Positions 13,059 through 22,800 of a stretch of DNA of 64,000 nt are shown here, piece by piece. Where the stretch lies: the NCBI GenBank assembly GCA_963758525.1, contig CAVWVQ010000002.1:352001-416000 (forward strand). Reading direction: 5' to 3'. This stretch comes from an uncultured Phycisphaerales bacterium (GTDB lineage: Bacteria > Planctomycetota > Phycisphaerae > Tepidisphaerales > Tepidisphaeraceae). The translations under genes were made by a program, and so were the position numbers. A model generated the notes under the pieces. That model ran no database searches and was not told the origin of the DNA. It worked only from the letters and a program-made list of their open reading frames with translations. Position 1 is the stretch's first letter; the number at the start of each line of letters is the position of its first letter.

Positions 13059-16000
13059 TGAAGTTTCGCCAACTCGTCCTCAACCGCCTTCAACTGATCC
13101 CGCGTCTGCTGCACCAGATGCGGCGGGGCTTTGGCAGTGTACGCTTCGTTCGATAACCGGCCCTGCAGCGCGCTCCGCTGTTTAACAAGATCCTCGATCT
13201 GCTTGTTCTGGCGATTCGCCTGGGCAGCCGCATCCACGAGATCTTCAACAAAGATTTCGCAGCCAGCCGCCTGCGCTCTTGCCGCACCGGCGATCGGCAC
13301 TACATCGCTGCGCACCTGCTTGAGCCGGCAGGTCGCGAGCAGCTCGATGATTTCCCGACTGGTTGCGATCGCCCCGCCGGAATCTCCCGGAGTCGCGATC
13401 GAAACACTGACGAACCGCTTCGCGTCGGCGTTGTATTCGTTCCGCAAATTGCGGATTGCGCCAATCACTTCCTGAATCTTCGGAAAGATCGTCTCGGCCG
13501 GCTCCTGCAGTTCGCGCACGGCCGGCCACGTCGCGTGAACGAGCCGTTTGCTCGGCGGGGCGTCGAGATATGCGGGCAAACCGCGCTGCGGCCGCACCTC
13601 GTTGAGCCGCCACCAGATCGTTTCAGTGATGAAGGGGATCATCGGGTGCATCAGCCGCAGCGCCGCGTCGAGCACCGCGGCCAGGACATTGGCGGTCTGT
13701 CCCGCGCGGGCGGGATCCTTCATCGCCGGCTTGATTGCCTCGATATACCAATCGCAGAGATCGCGCCAGAAGAAGTCGTAGCACGCCCTGGCATATTGAT
13801 CGAACCGGTAGCTCGCCAGCGCCGCGTTTGCCTCGGCAACGCTGCGGTGCAACCGGGCGACGATCCAGCGGTCCACCATGCTCCACATTGACGGATCGAC
13901 CGGCTCCGCTTGGATTCCCTCCAGATTCGACAGTGCGAACCGGCACGCGTTCCACAGCTTGTTGCAGAAGTGCCGCCCAAGATCGAATTTGTCCGACGTG
14001 TTGCGGCCGTTGGCATCCTTCTTCACCGGCATCCGCGCATCCTGCGTCTCCGTCGCCATGTTCGTCAGCGTGAAGCGCATCGCATCGGCCCCGTAGATGT
14101 CGATGATCTCGACCGGGTCGACGCCGTTCCCTTTGGACTTGGCCATCCGCTCGCCCTTGCCGTCGAGGATCGTGGGGTTGATGACGACGTGCCGGAACGG
14201 GATGCCGAGATGCTTCGCCCGCGCGGATGCTTGCTGCGCGTTTTCCTCTGGTCCCCCCTGCCGGTACTCCGGGAGATGCCCCGCGCTCGCAACTTCTTGC
14301 GACGCATTGTCCTTTGGTCCCCCCTGCCGGTACGCCGGGAGATGCCCCGCGCTCGCAAATCCTTGCGACGCATTGTCCTCTGGTCCCCCCTGCCGGTACG
14401 CCGGGAGATGCCCCGCGCTCGCAAATCCTTGCGACGCATTGTCCTCTGGTCCCCTCTCCCGGTACTCCGGGAGAGGGTTAGGGTGAGGGTGTTTTGGAAT
14501 GTCGGAAGCCGTCGCCTGTTTGAAATCACCCTCACCCCTGCCCTCTCCCGGCGTACCGGGAGAGGGGGAAAGAGCCGAGCCGGCGTGCGATCCCATGTTG
14601 TAGATCCCGGCCATGACCATTCGCGCAACCCACAGAGTAATGATGTCCCGGCCGGTGAGGAGGACGCTGGTGGGGTACCACCTATCCAAGTCCGCGGTGT
14701 GGTCCGGCCAGCCAAGCGTGCTGTGCGGCCACAGCGCACTGGAGAACCAGGTATCGAGGACATCCGGGTCACGTTGATAGCCCATCTTTTCTGTCAGCGC
14801 TTCGCCGATGGCACGTTCCGCGTCGGCATCTCGCAAACATATATGCAAATGGGTTGCGCTATAGGTGACGGCAACTCCCTCCATTAAGCGTGTCGCTTGC
14901 GCTTCGTCATTCCCAGCGGCGGGCAGCGCAGGAATTTGCGGAGATACGCTCGGATGCTTTGCTGCGAGTAGTCTTCGCCGTCCCACTTTGGCCGACTCCA
15001 CACTGGAATCCGATGCCCCCACCAAAGCTGCCGCGAGATCGGCCAATCGCGCTTTTCCCCCAGCCAGGCGAGATATTGCTGGGCGTGACGTTCCGGGAAA
15101 AACTTGATCGTCCCGTCGCGCACCACTTCCAACGCCGGCTCGGCCAGCGGCGCCATCTTCACAAACCACTGATCTGACAGATACGGCTCGATCGGCGTCT
15201 TGCTCCGATCGCTATGGCCCACCTGCGTCTCGTACGGCTCCTCCTTCTCCAGCAATCCCTGCTGCGCCAGATCTTCCACGACCTTCTTCCGCGCACTATC
15301 CCGCCGCAACGTCGCATACGGCCCCGCATTCTCGTTCAGCGTCCCGTCCGGATTCAGAATATTGATAATCCCGATCTGATCCGCCTGCCCCTGATGCCGC
15401 TGCCAGACCGCATAGTCATTCGGATCATGCGCCGGCGTGACTTTCACCACCCCGGTCCCAAATTTCGGATCAACCAAAATGTCGTCCGCAATGATCGGAA
15501 TCATCCGCCCCGTCAGCGGCAGCTTCACCGACTTCCCAATCGCCCAATTCCATCGCGGATCCGATGAATGCACGGCGACGGCGGTATCGCCCAACAACGT
15601 CTCCGGCCGCGTAGTCGCGACCACCATAAACTGTTGCCGCGCAGCGTCCTCCCCTTCGTGCCTCCGTGCCTCCGTGCCTCCGTGCCTCTCCCCTTCTTCC
15701 CTCTCCCCTTCGTGCCTCCGTGCCTCCGTGCCTCCGTGCCTCTCCCCTTCTTCCCTCTCCCCTACAACAATCTCATACCGAATATGCCACAGCGACGTCT
15801 TCACCGTCTCGTGATAAATCTCGTCATCGCTCACGCTCGTTTGGAGAAACACATCCCAGTTCACCAGCCGTTTGCCGCGGTAAATGAGCCCGTCTTTGAA
15901 GAGCTTGAAGAACGTTTCGCGCACAGCCCGGGCACACATGTCGTCGAGCGTGAAGCGCGTGCGATCCCAGTCGCAGGAACAGCCGAGGCGTTTGAGCTGT

Positions 16001-16392
16001 TCGAGGATGCGGTCGCCGTACTGCTGCTTCCAGGCCCAGATGCGTTCGACCAGCCCCTCGCGGCCGACGTCGTGACGGGTTTTGTTTTCCTTCTCCTTGA
16101 GCTGCTTCTCGACCACCGCCTGGGTCGCGATGCCGGCATGATCGATGCCGGGGATCCAAAGGGTGTTGAAGCCCCGCATGCGATGCTGGCGGGTCAGAAT
16201 ATCCTGCAGCGTGTTGTTGATCGCATGGCCAAGGTGCAGCGCGCCCGTCACGTTGGGCGGGGGAATGACAATGCAATAAGGCTCGCCAGGCGCAGCCGGG
16301 TCAGGATGGAAGCATTTCTCTTCGAGCCAGACGCGATATGCCTCGGGCTCGACGGAAGCGGGGTCGTAAGTTTTCGCCAGGTCGGTCGGCAT
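13055..16392 (-). CDS. valS: Valine--tRNA ligase with repeat-derived insertions, frameshift near 14900-14960
   Basis: PPPNVTGALHLGH, DHAGIATQ, ATTRPET, TPAHDPND, DWPISRQLWWGHRIP, DVLDTWFSSALWP, RMAKSKGNGVDP, C-terminal coiled coil. Confidence 0.96.
14244..14568. repeat. Three 66-bp tandem units plus a CCCTCACCC-type REP doublet inside valS
   Basis: Unit TCCTCTGGTCCCCCCTGCCGGTAC(T/G)CCGGGAGATGCCCCGCGCTCGCAA..CTTGCGACGCATTG x3, then REPs at about 14451-14490 and 14523-14568. Confidence 0.9.
15649..15762. repeat. 54-bp duplicated unit built of GGCACGGA/GGCACGAA octamers inside valS
   Basis: Encodes GEREEGERHGGTEARRHE twice. Confidence 0.85.
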
Positions 16393-16535
16393 TGCGACAT
16401 CTCAAAGAGCCAGGGCAACTGCTACCGACATCTCGGCAACGAGCCTCACCGCCACCCCTCCTTCATGGTCCGAAGTTTAGAGCAAAATAGCATCGGCATC
16501 AATTCGTTGAGAAGGCTGGGTTCAGGTCGCGTGCA

Positions 16536-16797
16536 ATGGGCGCGCGCGAATTCCGGGCAACACATTGTGGTGCGGGCTTCCAGCCTGCAATCGCAGCCGT
16601 GCAAACGCAGTTTGCTCCTGCTTGCCGGGTGTAACTTTTATTTGTGGCGATTGCAGATTTTGCGATCGTAGGGCGGGATTCATCCCGCCGTTTTCTCAGC
16701 CGGCCAACAAATCGGCGGGATGAATCCCGCCCTACTCGGAGCCGATCGCCACTTTCGAGCGCCACACCCTGCTTGCCCGGAATTCGCGCACGCCCAT
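16536..16797. mobile_element. Small element bounded by 25-bp inverted repeats, containing a REP-like hairpin and the nested MITE
   Basis: ATGGGCGCGCGCGAATTCCGGGCAA (16536-16560) vs TTGCCCGGAATTCGCGCACGCCCAT (16773-16797), 24/25 complementary; no clear target duplication. Confidence 0.6.
16627..16769 (+). mobile_element. 143-bp MITE carrying a GTAG REP doublet, copy 1
   Basis: Ends GGGTGT...ACACCC; flanked by the direct repeat TGCTTGCC; near-identical inverted copy at 27164-27306. Confidence 0.85.
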
Positions 16798-16864
16798 GTC
16801 AATCGGAATTCAATCGCGTATGCTCTGACCCTTCGTTGATTGAGGCAATCCGCAACTGAAAGGA

Positions 16865-17782
16865 ATGTTCATGGTTACCGACAGTCTTCGATTTTTGACA
16901 ATTGTTCTGCTTGCAGGGATGTCGCTGTTCGCAGCGAGCCAGAACGCTCGCGCCGCCGACGAAATTCCGATCAAATCCGGACAGAAGCTCGCCTTTCTCG
17001 GCGACTCGATCACAGCGCAGGGCGCCGCGACTCCGTCGGGCTATGTACAACTTGTCATCAGCGGCTTCAAAGCCAATGGCATTGAAGTGACGCCGATCCC
17101 GGCGGGAATCAGCGGCCATACGTCTCGCGACATGATCGCCCGCATCGATCGCGACGTGATCGAGAAGAAGCCGGACTGGATGACGCTCAGTTGCGGCGTC
17201 AATGACGTCTGGCACGGACCGGCCGGCGTCGCTCTGGCTGCCTATCAGAAGAACATCACCGAAATGGTTGATCGCGCTCAGAAAGCGGGGATCAAGGTGA
17301 TGCTGCTCACCTCCACGATGATCGGCGAAGATCAGAACAACCCCAACAACCAGAAGCTGATTCCGTATAACGAATTCTTGCGTGATCTGGCGAAGCAGAA
17401 GGACTGTCTGCTCGCGGATCTGAATGCCGACATGCAGGCCGCCGTCCTGGCCGCGGGCGGCGGCAAGCCGGGCATGCCCAACACCGTCAGCATCGACGGC
17501 GTTCACATGATCCCCTCCGGCAATATGATGATGGCAACGGGAATTCTCAAGGCATTTGGGCTGAATGACGCCCAACTGGAAAAGGCGCGGGAAGCCTGGC
17601 TCGATATTCCTCACGCCGTGGAACTCGTCGCGAAGGATGCGATCACGATCCGCCAATGGGATAAGATCGACGTCATCGCACTCAAAGAGCACAGGTCGGT
17701 CGGTGATGTGGTGAATGAGGCATTCCGCAAGACGGTTGACTCGGTTATCGCCGGCGCAGATCAATCTGGGGATGCGAAATAA
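16865..17782 (+). CDS. Secreted SGNH/GDSL hydrolase
   Basis: Signal peptide, FLGDSIT, AGISG, GVND, DGVH. Confidence 0.9.
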   Translation: MFMVTDSLRFLTIVLLAGMSLFAASQNARAADEIPIKSGQKLAFLGDSITAQGAATPSGYVQLVISGFKANGIEVTPIPAGISGHTSRDMIARIDRDVIEKKPDWMTLSCGVNDVWHGPAGVALAAYQKNITEMVDRAQKAGIKVMLLTSTMIGEDQNNPNNQKLIPYNEFLRDLAKQKDCLLADLNADMQAAVLAAGGGKPGMPNTVSIDGVHMIPSGNMMMATGILKAFGLNDAQLEKAREAWLDIPHAVELVAKDAITIRQWDKIDVIALKEHRSVGDVVNEAFRKTVDSVIAGADQSGDAK

Positions 17783-17917
17783 CGGGCCCCCTCCCCCGGA
17801 CTACCACAGGAGGGGGAAAGAGTCGCGAGCCGCCGGAAAATCGGGCTCGCCCCACCGCAAACCGCGATTTATCGGGCTTGACCGGCGCGGCAGGCACTCG
17901 TAGTGTTTTCGTACCGC

Positions 17918-18313
17918 ATGTACTCGCTCCGCCTTATTCTCCCCTTGGCTTTGATCCCCTGCCTGCTCGCGGGCGCCGGGCCTGCGTCGACATGCTCGCC
18001 CGCCACCTGTGCTGCGAATCTTGAATGTGCGGTGATGCATTGCAATTGTTGCGGCCCGAATTGCCCGCTGCGCGCCGCATCGCACCGCAGCGGAGCACGC
18101 GTCGAATCTTGCCGTCCGCAGTGTCCCCGAATCGCTTCTGACAACCGTCCGATGACCTGCAAGGCGGCAACGCAATGCGTTGCGTTGGCCATCGACGCCA
18201 AAGCGTGTCCGTTCTTCATCACCTCCCCGATTTCCCATCCGCTCTCGCTGCACCCCCGGGTCAGCTTCGATCCGCCCACGCTTCTGCGGCTGGGCTGCGC
18301 ATTGACCATCTGA
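17918..18313 (+). CDS. Small Cys-rich exported protein upstream of the metal efflux operon
   Basis: 131 aa, hydrophobic N-terminus, 14 Cys, C-terminus DPPTLLRLGCALTI; same strand as the efflux genes and ~100 bp before them. Confidence 0.6.
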   Translation: MYSLRLILPLALIPCLLAGAGPASTCSPATCAANLECAVMHCNCCGPNCPLRAASHRSGARVESCRPQCPRIASDNRPMTCKAATQCVALAIDAKACPFFITSPISHPLSLHPRVSFDPPTLLRLGCALTI

Positions 18314-18410
18314 TCCCTCCCGCAATCTGAAGTGTGATCGTCAGCCCGCTTGGCTTTGCCGAAGTCGGTCTGCGCCCCTCCCCTGTTCATCATCTGTTGC
18401 GGGACATCTC

Positions 18411-19853
18411 ATGAAAGCTTGCCTCATTGCCGTCATCGCGGGGCTCTTGCTGCTGGTGGCGGTTCTTCTGGTGAAGATGAAATCTTCGACCCTCGCTGTC
18501 GATGACCGCGCATCCGGTTTCGACACATCCACCAGCCTTCCCCGGCAACTCTGGACCTGCGGCATGCACCCGCAGGTGATTCAGGACCATCCCGGCACAT
18601 GCCCCATCTGCCATATGAAGCTCACGCCGCTCAGGGACGAATCCGATGACGCGGGGACCGTCGGCGCGAAACGAAAAATTCTCTACTACTGGGATCCGAT
18701 GCTGGGGCCGTCATCCATCGCACACGCGCCGGGCAAGAGCGGAATGGGTATGGATCTGGTGCCGGTGTTCGAAGATGCACAGTCCGGCGGACCGTCCGTC
18801 AGAATCGATCCGACCATCGTCCAAAACATGGGTGTTCGCACCGCCGAAGTCACCCGCGGACCGCTGGACGTGACCGTGCGCGCGGTCGGCATGCTCGAAG
18901 TGCCGGAGCCGGCGGTCCACGAAGTGAATTTGAAGGTTGCCGGCTGGATCGAAAGGCTCTACGCGGACACCGAAGGCATGCACATACACAAGGGCGAACC
19001 TCTGTTCGACCTCTACAGCCCCGATCTGGAGGTTGCGCAGGAGGAACTGATTGGAGCGGCCAAAACAGTGAATGCCGCGGACCACGGCGCATCCAATGCG
19101 ATACGCTTCGAATTGCGCAGCATGCTCGATTTGGCGGAACAGAAACTGCGATTGTGGGGAATTGCCGATCAGGACATCGACGCTGTTGCCGCCGCAATGA
19201 AGGCGCGGCCGGCCATCACGTTTCGCAGTCCGGTCGACGGAGATCTCGTGGAAAAAATGGTGGTCGAGGGGTCAGCCGTGCAGGCGGGCATGAAGCTCAT
19301 GCGCATCGAAGACCACTCGAAGCTGTGGCTCAACGCGCAGGTCTATGAGGCGCAGATGACATCAGTGTCGCTGGGCCAGCGCGTCGACGCAGCGGTGGAC
19401 GGCGTGCCGGGCAAAACATTCAACGGCCCGATCATGTTCATCTCTCCGCATGTCGATCACATGACCCGCACGCTCACCGTGCGTGTGCAATTCGACAATC
19501 CGACGCACCAACTGCGCCCCGGCATGTACGCCACCGCGAACATCGTCACCAGGCCGGTTGCCAACACGATACTGGCTCCGCGCGAGGCCGTCATTGACAC
19601 CGGCACGCGGCAGATCGCGTTTGTCGCCGAGCCCGGGGGCCATTTCAATCCGCGCAACGTGCGCGTGGGACTGACTGGTGACGGCGACCGCGTTGAAATT
19701 CTCGAGGGCCTTGCCCCCGGAGAGGTGGTGGTGACCAGCGGCCAGTTTCTGATGGACGTGGAGAGTCGCACCACCGAAGCGATCGACAAACTTCGCCGCG
19801 CGTCCGGATCGATTGGCGACCCAACGGCGGCGCAACAAGGATCGCCCCGATGA
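18411..19853 (+). CDS. cusB: CusB-like RND periplasmic adaptor with heavy-metal-binding domains
   Basis: WTCGMHPQV..DHPGTCPICHMKL, YYWDPM...PGKSGMGMDLVP, GWIERLY, LRPGMY, VTSGQFLMDVES. Confidence 0.9.
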   Translation: MKACLIAVIAGLLLLVAVLLVKMKSSTLAVDDRASGFDTSTSLPRQLWTCGMHPQVIQDHPGTCPICHMKLTPLRDESDDAGTVGAKRKILYYWDPMLGPSSIAHAPGKSGMGMDLVPVFEDAQSGGPSVRIDPTIVQNMGVRTAEVTRGPLDVTVRAVGMLEVPEPAVHEVNLKVAGWIERLYADTEGMHIHKGEPLFDLYSPDLEVAQEELIGAAKTVNAADHGASNAIRFELRSMLDLAEQKLRLWGIADQDIDAVAAAMKARPAITFRSPVDGDLVEKMVVEGSAVQAGMKLMRIEDHSKLWLNAQVYEAQMTSVSLGQRVDAAVDGVPGKTFNGPIMFISPHVDHMTRTLTVRVQFDNPTHQLRPGMYATANIVTRPVANTILAPREAVIDTGTRQIAFVAEPGGHFNPRNVRVGLTGDGDRVEILEGLAPGEVVVTSGQFLMDVESRTTEAIDKLRRASGSIGDPTAAQQGSPR

Positions 19854-22800
19854 TCGCTCAAATCATCGAACTCTCGATTCGCAATAAGTTCATGGTCCTT
19901 CTGTTGACCGGCATCCTGGTCGTTGCCGGCATCTGGGCCACGATCCATATCAGCCTCGACGCGGTTCCCGATTTGTCCGACGTGCAGGTGATCGTCACGA
20001 CCGATTATCCCGGCCAGGCGCCCAACGTGGTCGAGGATCAGGTCACCTACCCGCTGACGACGGCGATGATGGGAATCCCCCATGCCAAAGTGGTCCGGGG
20101 GATCAGCATGTTCGAGCAGTCGTTTGTGTACATCATTTTCGACGACGGCACGGATTTGTATTGGGCGCGCAGCCGGGTGCTGGAATATCTCAACTTTGTG
20201 AAAGACCGCCTTCCCAGCGGCGTCGAGCCGAAGCTGGGGCCAGACGCGACCGGCGTCGGGTGGGTGTACCAATACACGCTCTTTCCCGGCTACTACTGCC
20301 CCAACCATCCCAACGGCATCTGGCACGACGACGCGACCGGCAGGTGGTACGCCGAGAAAGGCGATGCGCCGGCAGACCGCCAGTCGGTGCTCGTAAAGGT
20401 TCGAGGCTTTGAACAGCCGGGAGTTTCTCCGCTGGATGGCAAGCCCCTGGTCTCATCGAACCAGGATCTGGCGAGCCTGCGCGGCCTCCAAGACTGGTAC
20501 CTGCGATATCAACTCACTGCCGTGCCCAACGTCGCCGAGGTCGCGTCGATCGGCGGCTTCGTCAAGCAATACCAGGTTGTTCTCAAACCGGAGCGCCTGC
20601 TCGCGTACAACCTTCCCGTGAACACGATCATGACGGCGATCCAGCGGTCGAATAATGATGTGGGCGGTTCCGTCATCGAGATGAGCGAGAACGAGTACAT
20701 GGTCCGCAGCCGCGGATATCTCAAAGGATTGAAAGATCTCGCAGACGTTCCGGTGGGTATCGGAAAAGAGGGCACGCCGATCATGCTCTCGGACGTTGCC
20801 ACATTGCAAGTCGCCGGAGAGGAACGGCGCGGGGTCGGAGAATGGAACGGGCAGGGCGAAGCCGTCGGCGGCCTGATCGTCGCCCGCTTCGGGGCCAACG
20901 CGTACCAGGTGATTCACGATGCCAAGGCGAAACTCGCCGATCTTGAGGCGGGATTGCCGCCGGGTGTATTGATCAAGACCGCGTATGATCGATCCGACCT
21001 GATCGAGCGGTCCATTCATACGCTCCGGCACACGCTGATCGAAGAGATGATCGTCGTCGGGCTCGTATGCATGCTGTTTTTGCTTCATGCCCGCAGCGAA
21101 CTGGTCGCCATCTTCGTGGTGCCTGGCAGCGTGCTCGTCAGCATCCTGGTGATGCATGCGATCGGCATCAACGCGAACATCATGAGTCTCGGCGGAATCG
21201 CGATTGCCATCGGCGTGGTGGTGGACAGCGCGATCATCATGGTGGAGAACGCCCACAAGCATCTCGACCGTGAAGAGGAGCGGCTTCACAAAAATCCCGA
21301 CGCCGTGCCCCGCTCGCGCAGCGACATCATTGTCGGGGCCGCCAAAGAAGTCGGCCCCAGTCTGTTTTTCAGTCTTCTGATCATCACTGTCAGCTTCACG
21401 CCCGTCTTCGTCCTGGGCGGCGAAAGCGGACGGCTCTTCAAGCCTCTCGCGTTCACCAAGACATTCGCGATGGCGTCGGCCGCCGTCCTTTCCATCACGA
21501 TTATTCCGGTGTTGATGATCTGCTTCATCACCAACCGGGTCTTGCCAAAACGATGGGGTTGGAGAACGAATCTGGCGATCACGCTCGCCACGATGTTCGT
21601 GCCCGCAACGCTGTTGTACTTCCTCCCAAACCTTGAGCCGGGCGCGGATCTGTATCGCTGGTGGATGGCAGTTGGCTGGGCAGTCCTGGCGGCGATGCTG
21701 CTCGTGCCGCAGAAGATTATTCACGAGGAAAAAAACCCGATCAGCTACGTGTTGCAGAAGCTATACAACCCGTTTTTTCGCGCCGCCATCCGGTTTCGCT
21801 GGGCGGTGCTGATTCTCGCGCTGCTCTTCATGGCATCGGCGGCGTGGCCGTTCACAAAGTTGGGAAGTGAGTTCATGCCCCCGCTGGATGAGGGCGACCT
21901 TCTCTACATGCCCACGACCGACCCGAGCATCAGCATCACCAAGGCCCGGCAGGTACTGCAGCAGACCGACAAACTGATCAAGACCTTTCCCGAAGTCATC
22001 AGCGTGTACGGGAAGATTGGCCGCGCCAACACCGCAACCGACCCCGCGCCGCTGGACATGATCGAAAGCGTCATCCGATTGCAGACCGATCCTGCAAAAT
22101 GGCGCACCCGGATGATGAGCTACTTCTTCGACCACTGGCCATCGGCTCTGCGCTGGCCGTTGGAACATACGTTCTGGCCGCGCGAGCGAAAAATCACGAT
22201 GGAGGAGCTGATCTATGGCTGGACCGATCCGGACGGCGCCGATCACCCCGGGCTCAACGCCGTTGTCACCGAACCTGGCGTGGCGAACGCCTGGCCGATG
22301 CCGATCGAGAACCGCACCAACATGCTTTCCACCGGAATTAAAACGCCGGTCGGCATCAAGATCATGGGGCCGGACTTAGAGGTGCTCTCGGAACTGGCGT
22401 CGAAAGCCTCGACGATCCTGCTCAACGTCCGCGGCACGGCCAGCGCCTACCCGGAGCGAACGTTCGGGGGCTACTACCTCGACATTGACGTCGACCGCCA
22501 ACGGGCGGCCCGCTACGGTTTAACCAGCGGCGACGTTCAGGACGTGATCAGCACAAGCCTGGGGGGAATGAAAACAACGACTGCCGTCGAGGGGCTTGAA
22601 CGATACCCGGTGAACATCCGCTACGCGCGAGACCTTCGCGATGATCCTTCCGCGATCAGGCAGGTGCTGATTCCGACGGCCACCGGCGCGCAGATTCCGC
22701 TCGGCATGGTCGCGGATGTGAAGATCGAGCCGGGGCCGCCGATGATCAAGAGCGAAAACGCCCGCCGCTCGGCGTTGATCTTCGTGGACGTGACCGGGCG

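Noticed and set aside
14244..14450. 66-bp periodic repeats as a CRISPR array
   Set aside because: The units are nearly identical over their whole length, have no unique spacers, lie in frame in valS, and no cas genes are present.
16393..16535. T-box leader upstream of valS
   Set aside because: No T-box consensus or terminator was found on the minus strand.
16499..16859. Small ORFs duplicated at about 27062-27464
   Set aside because: They are translations of the MITE, not genes.
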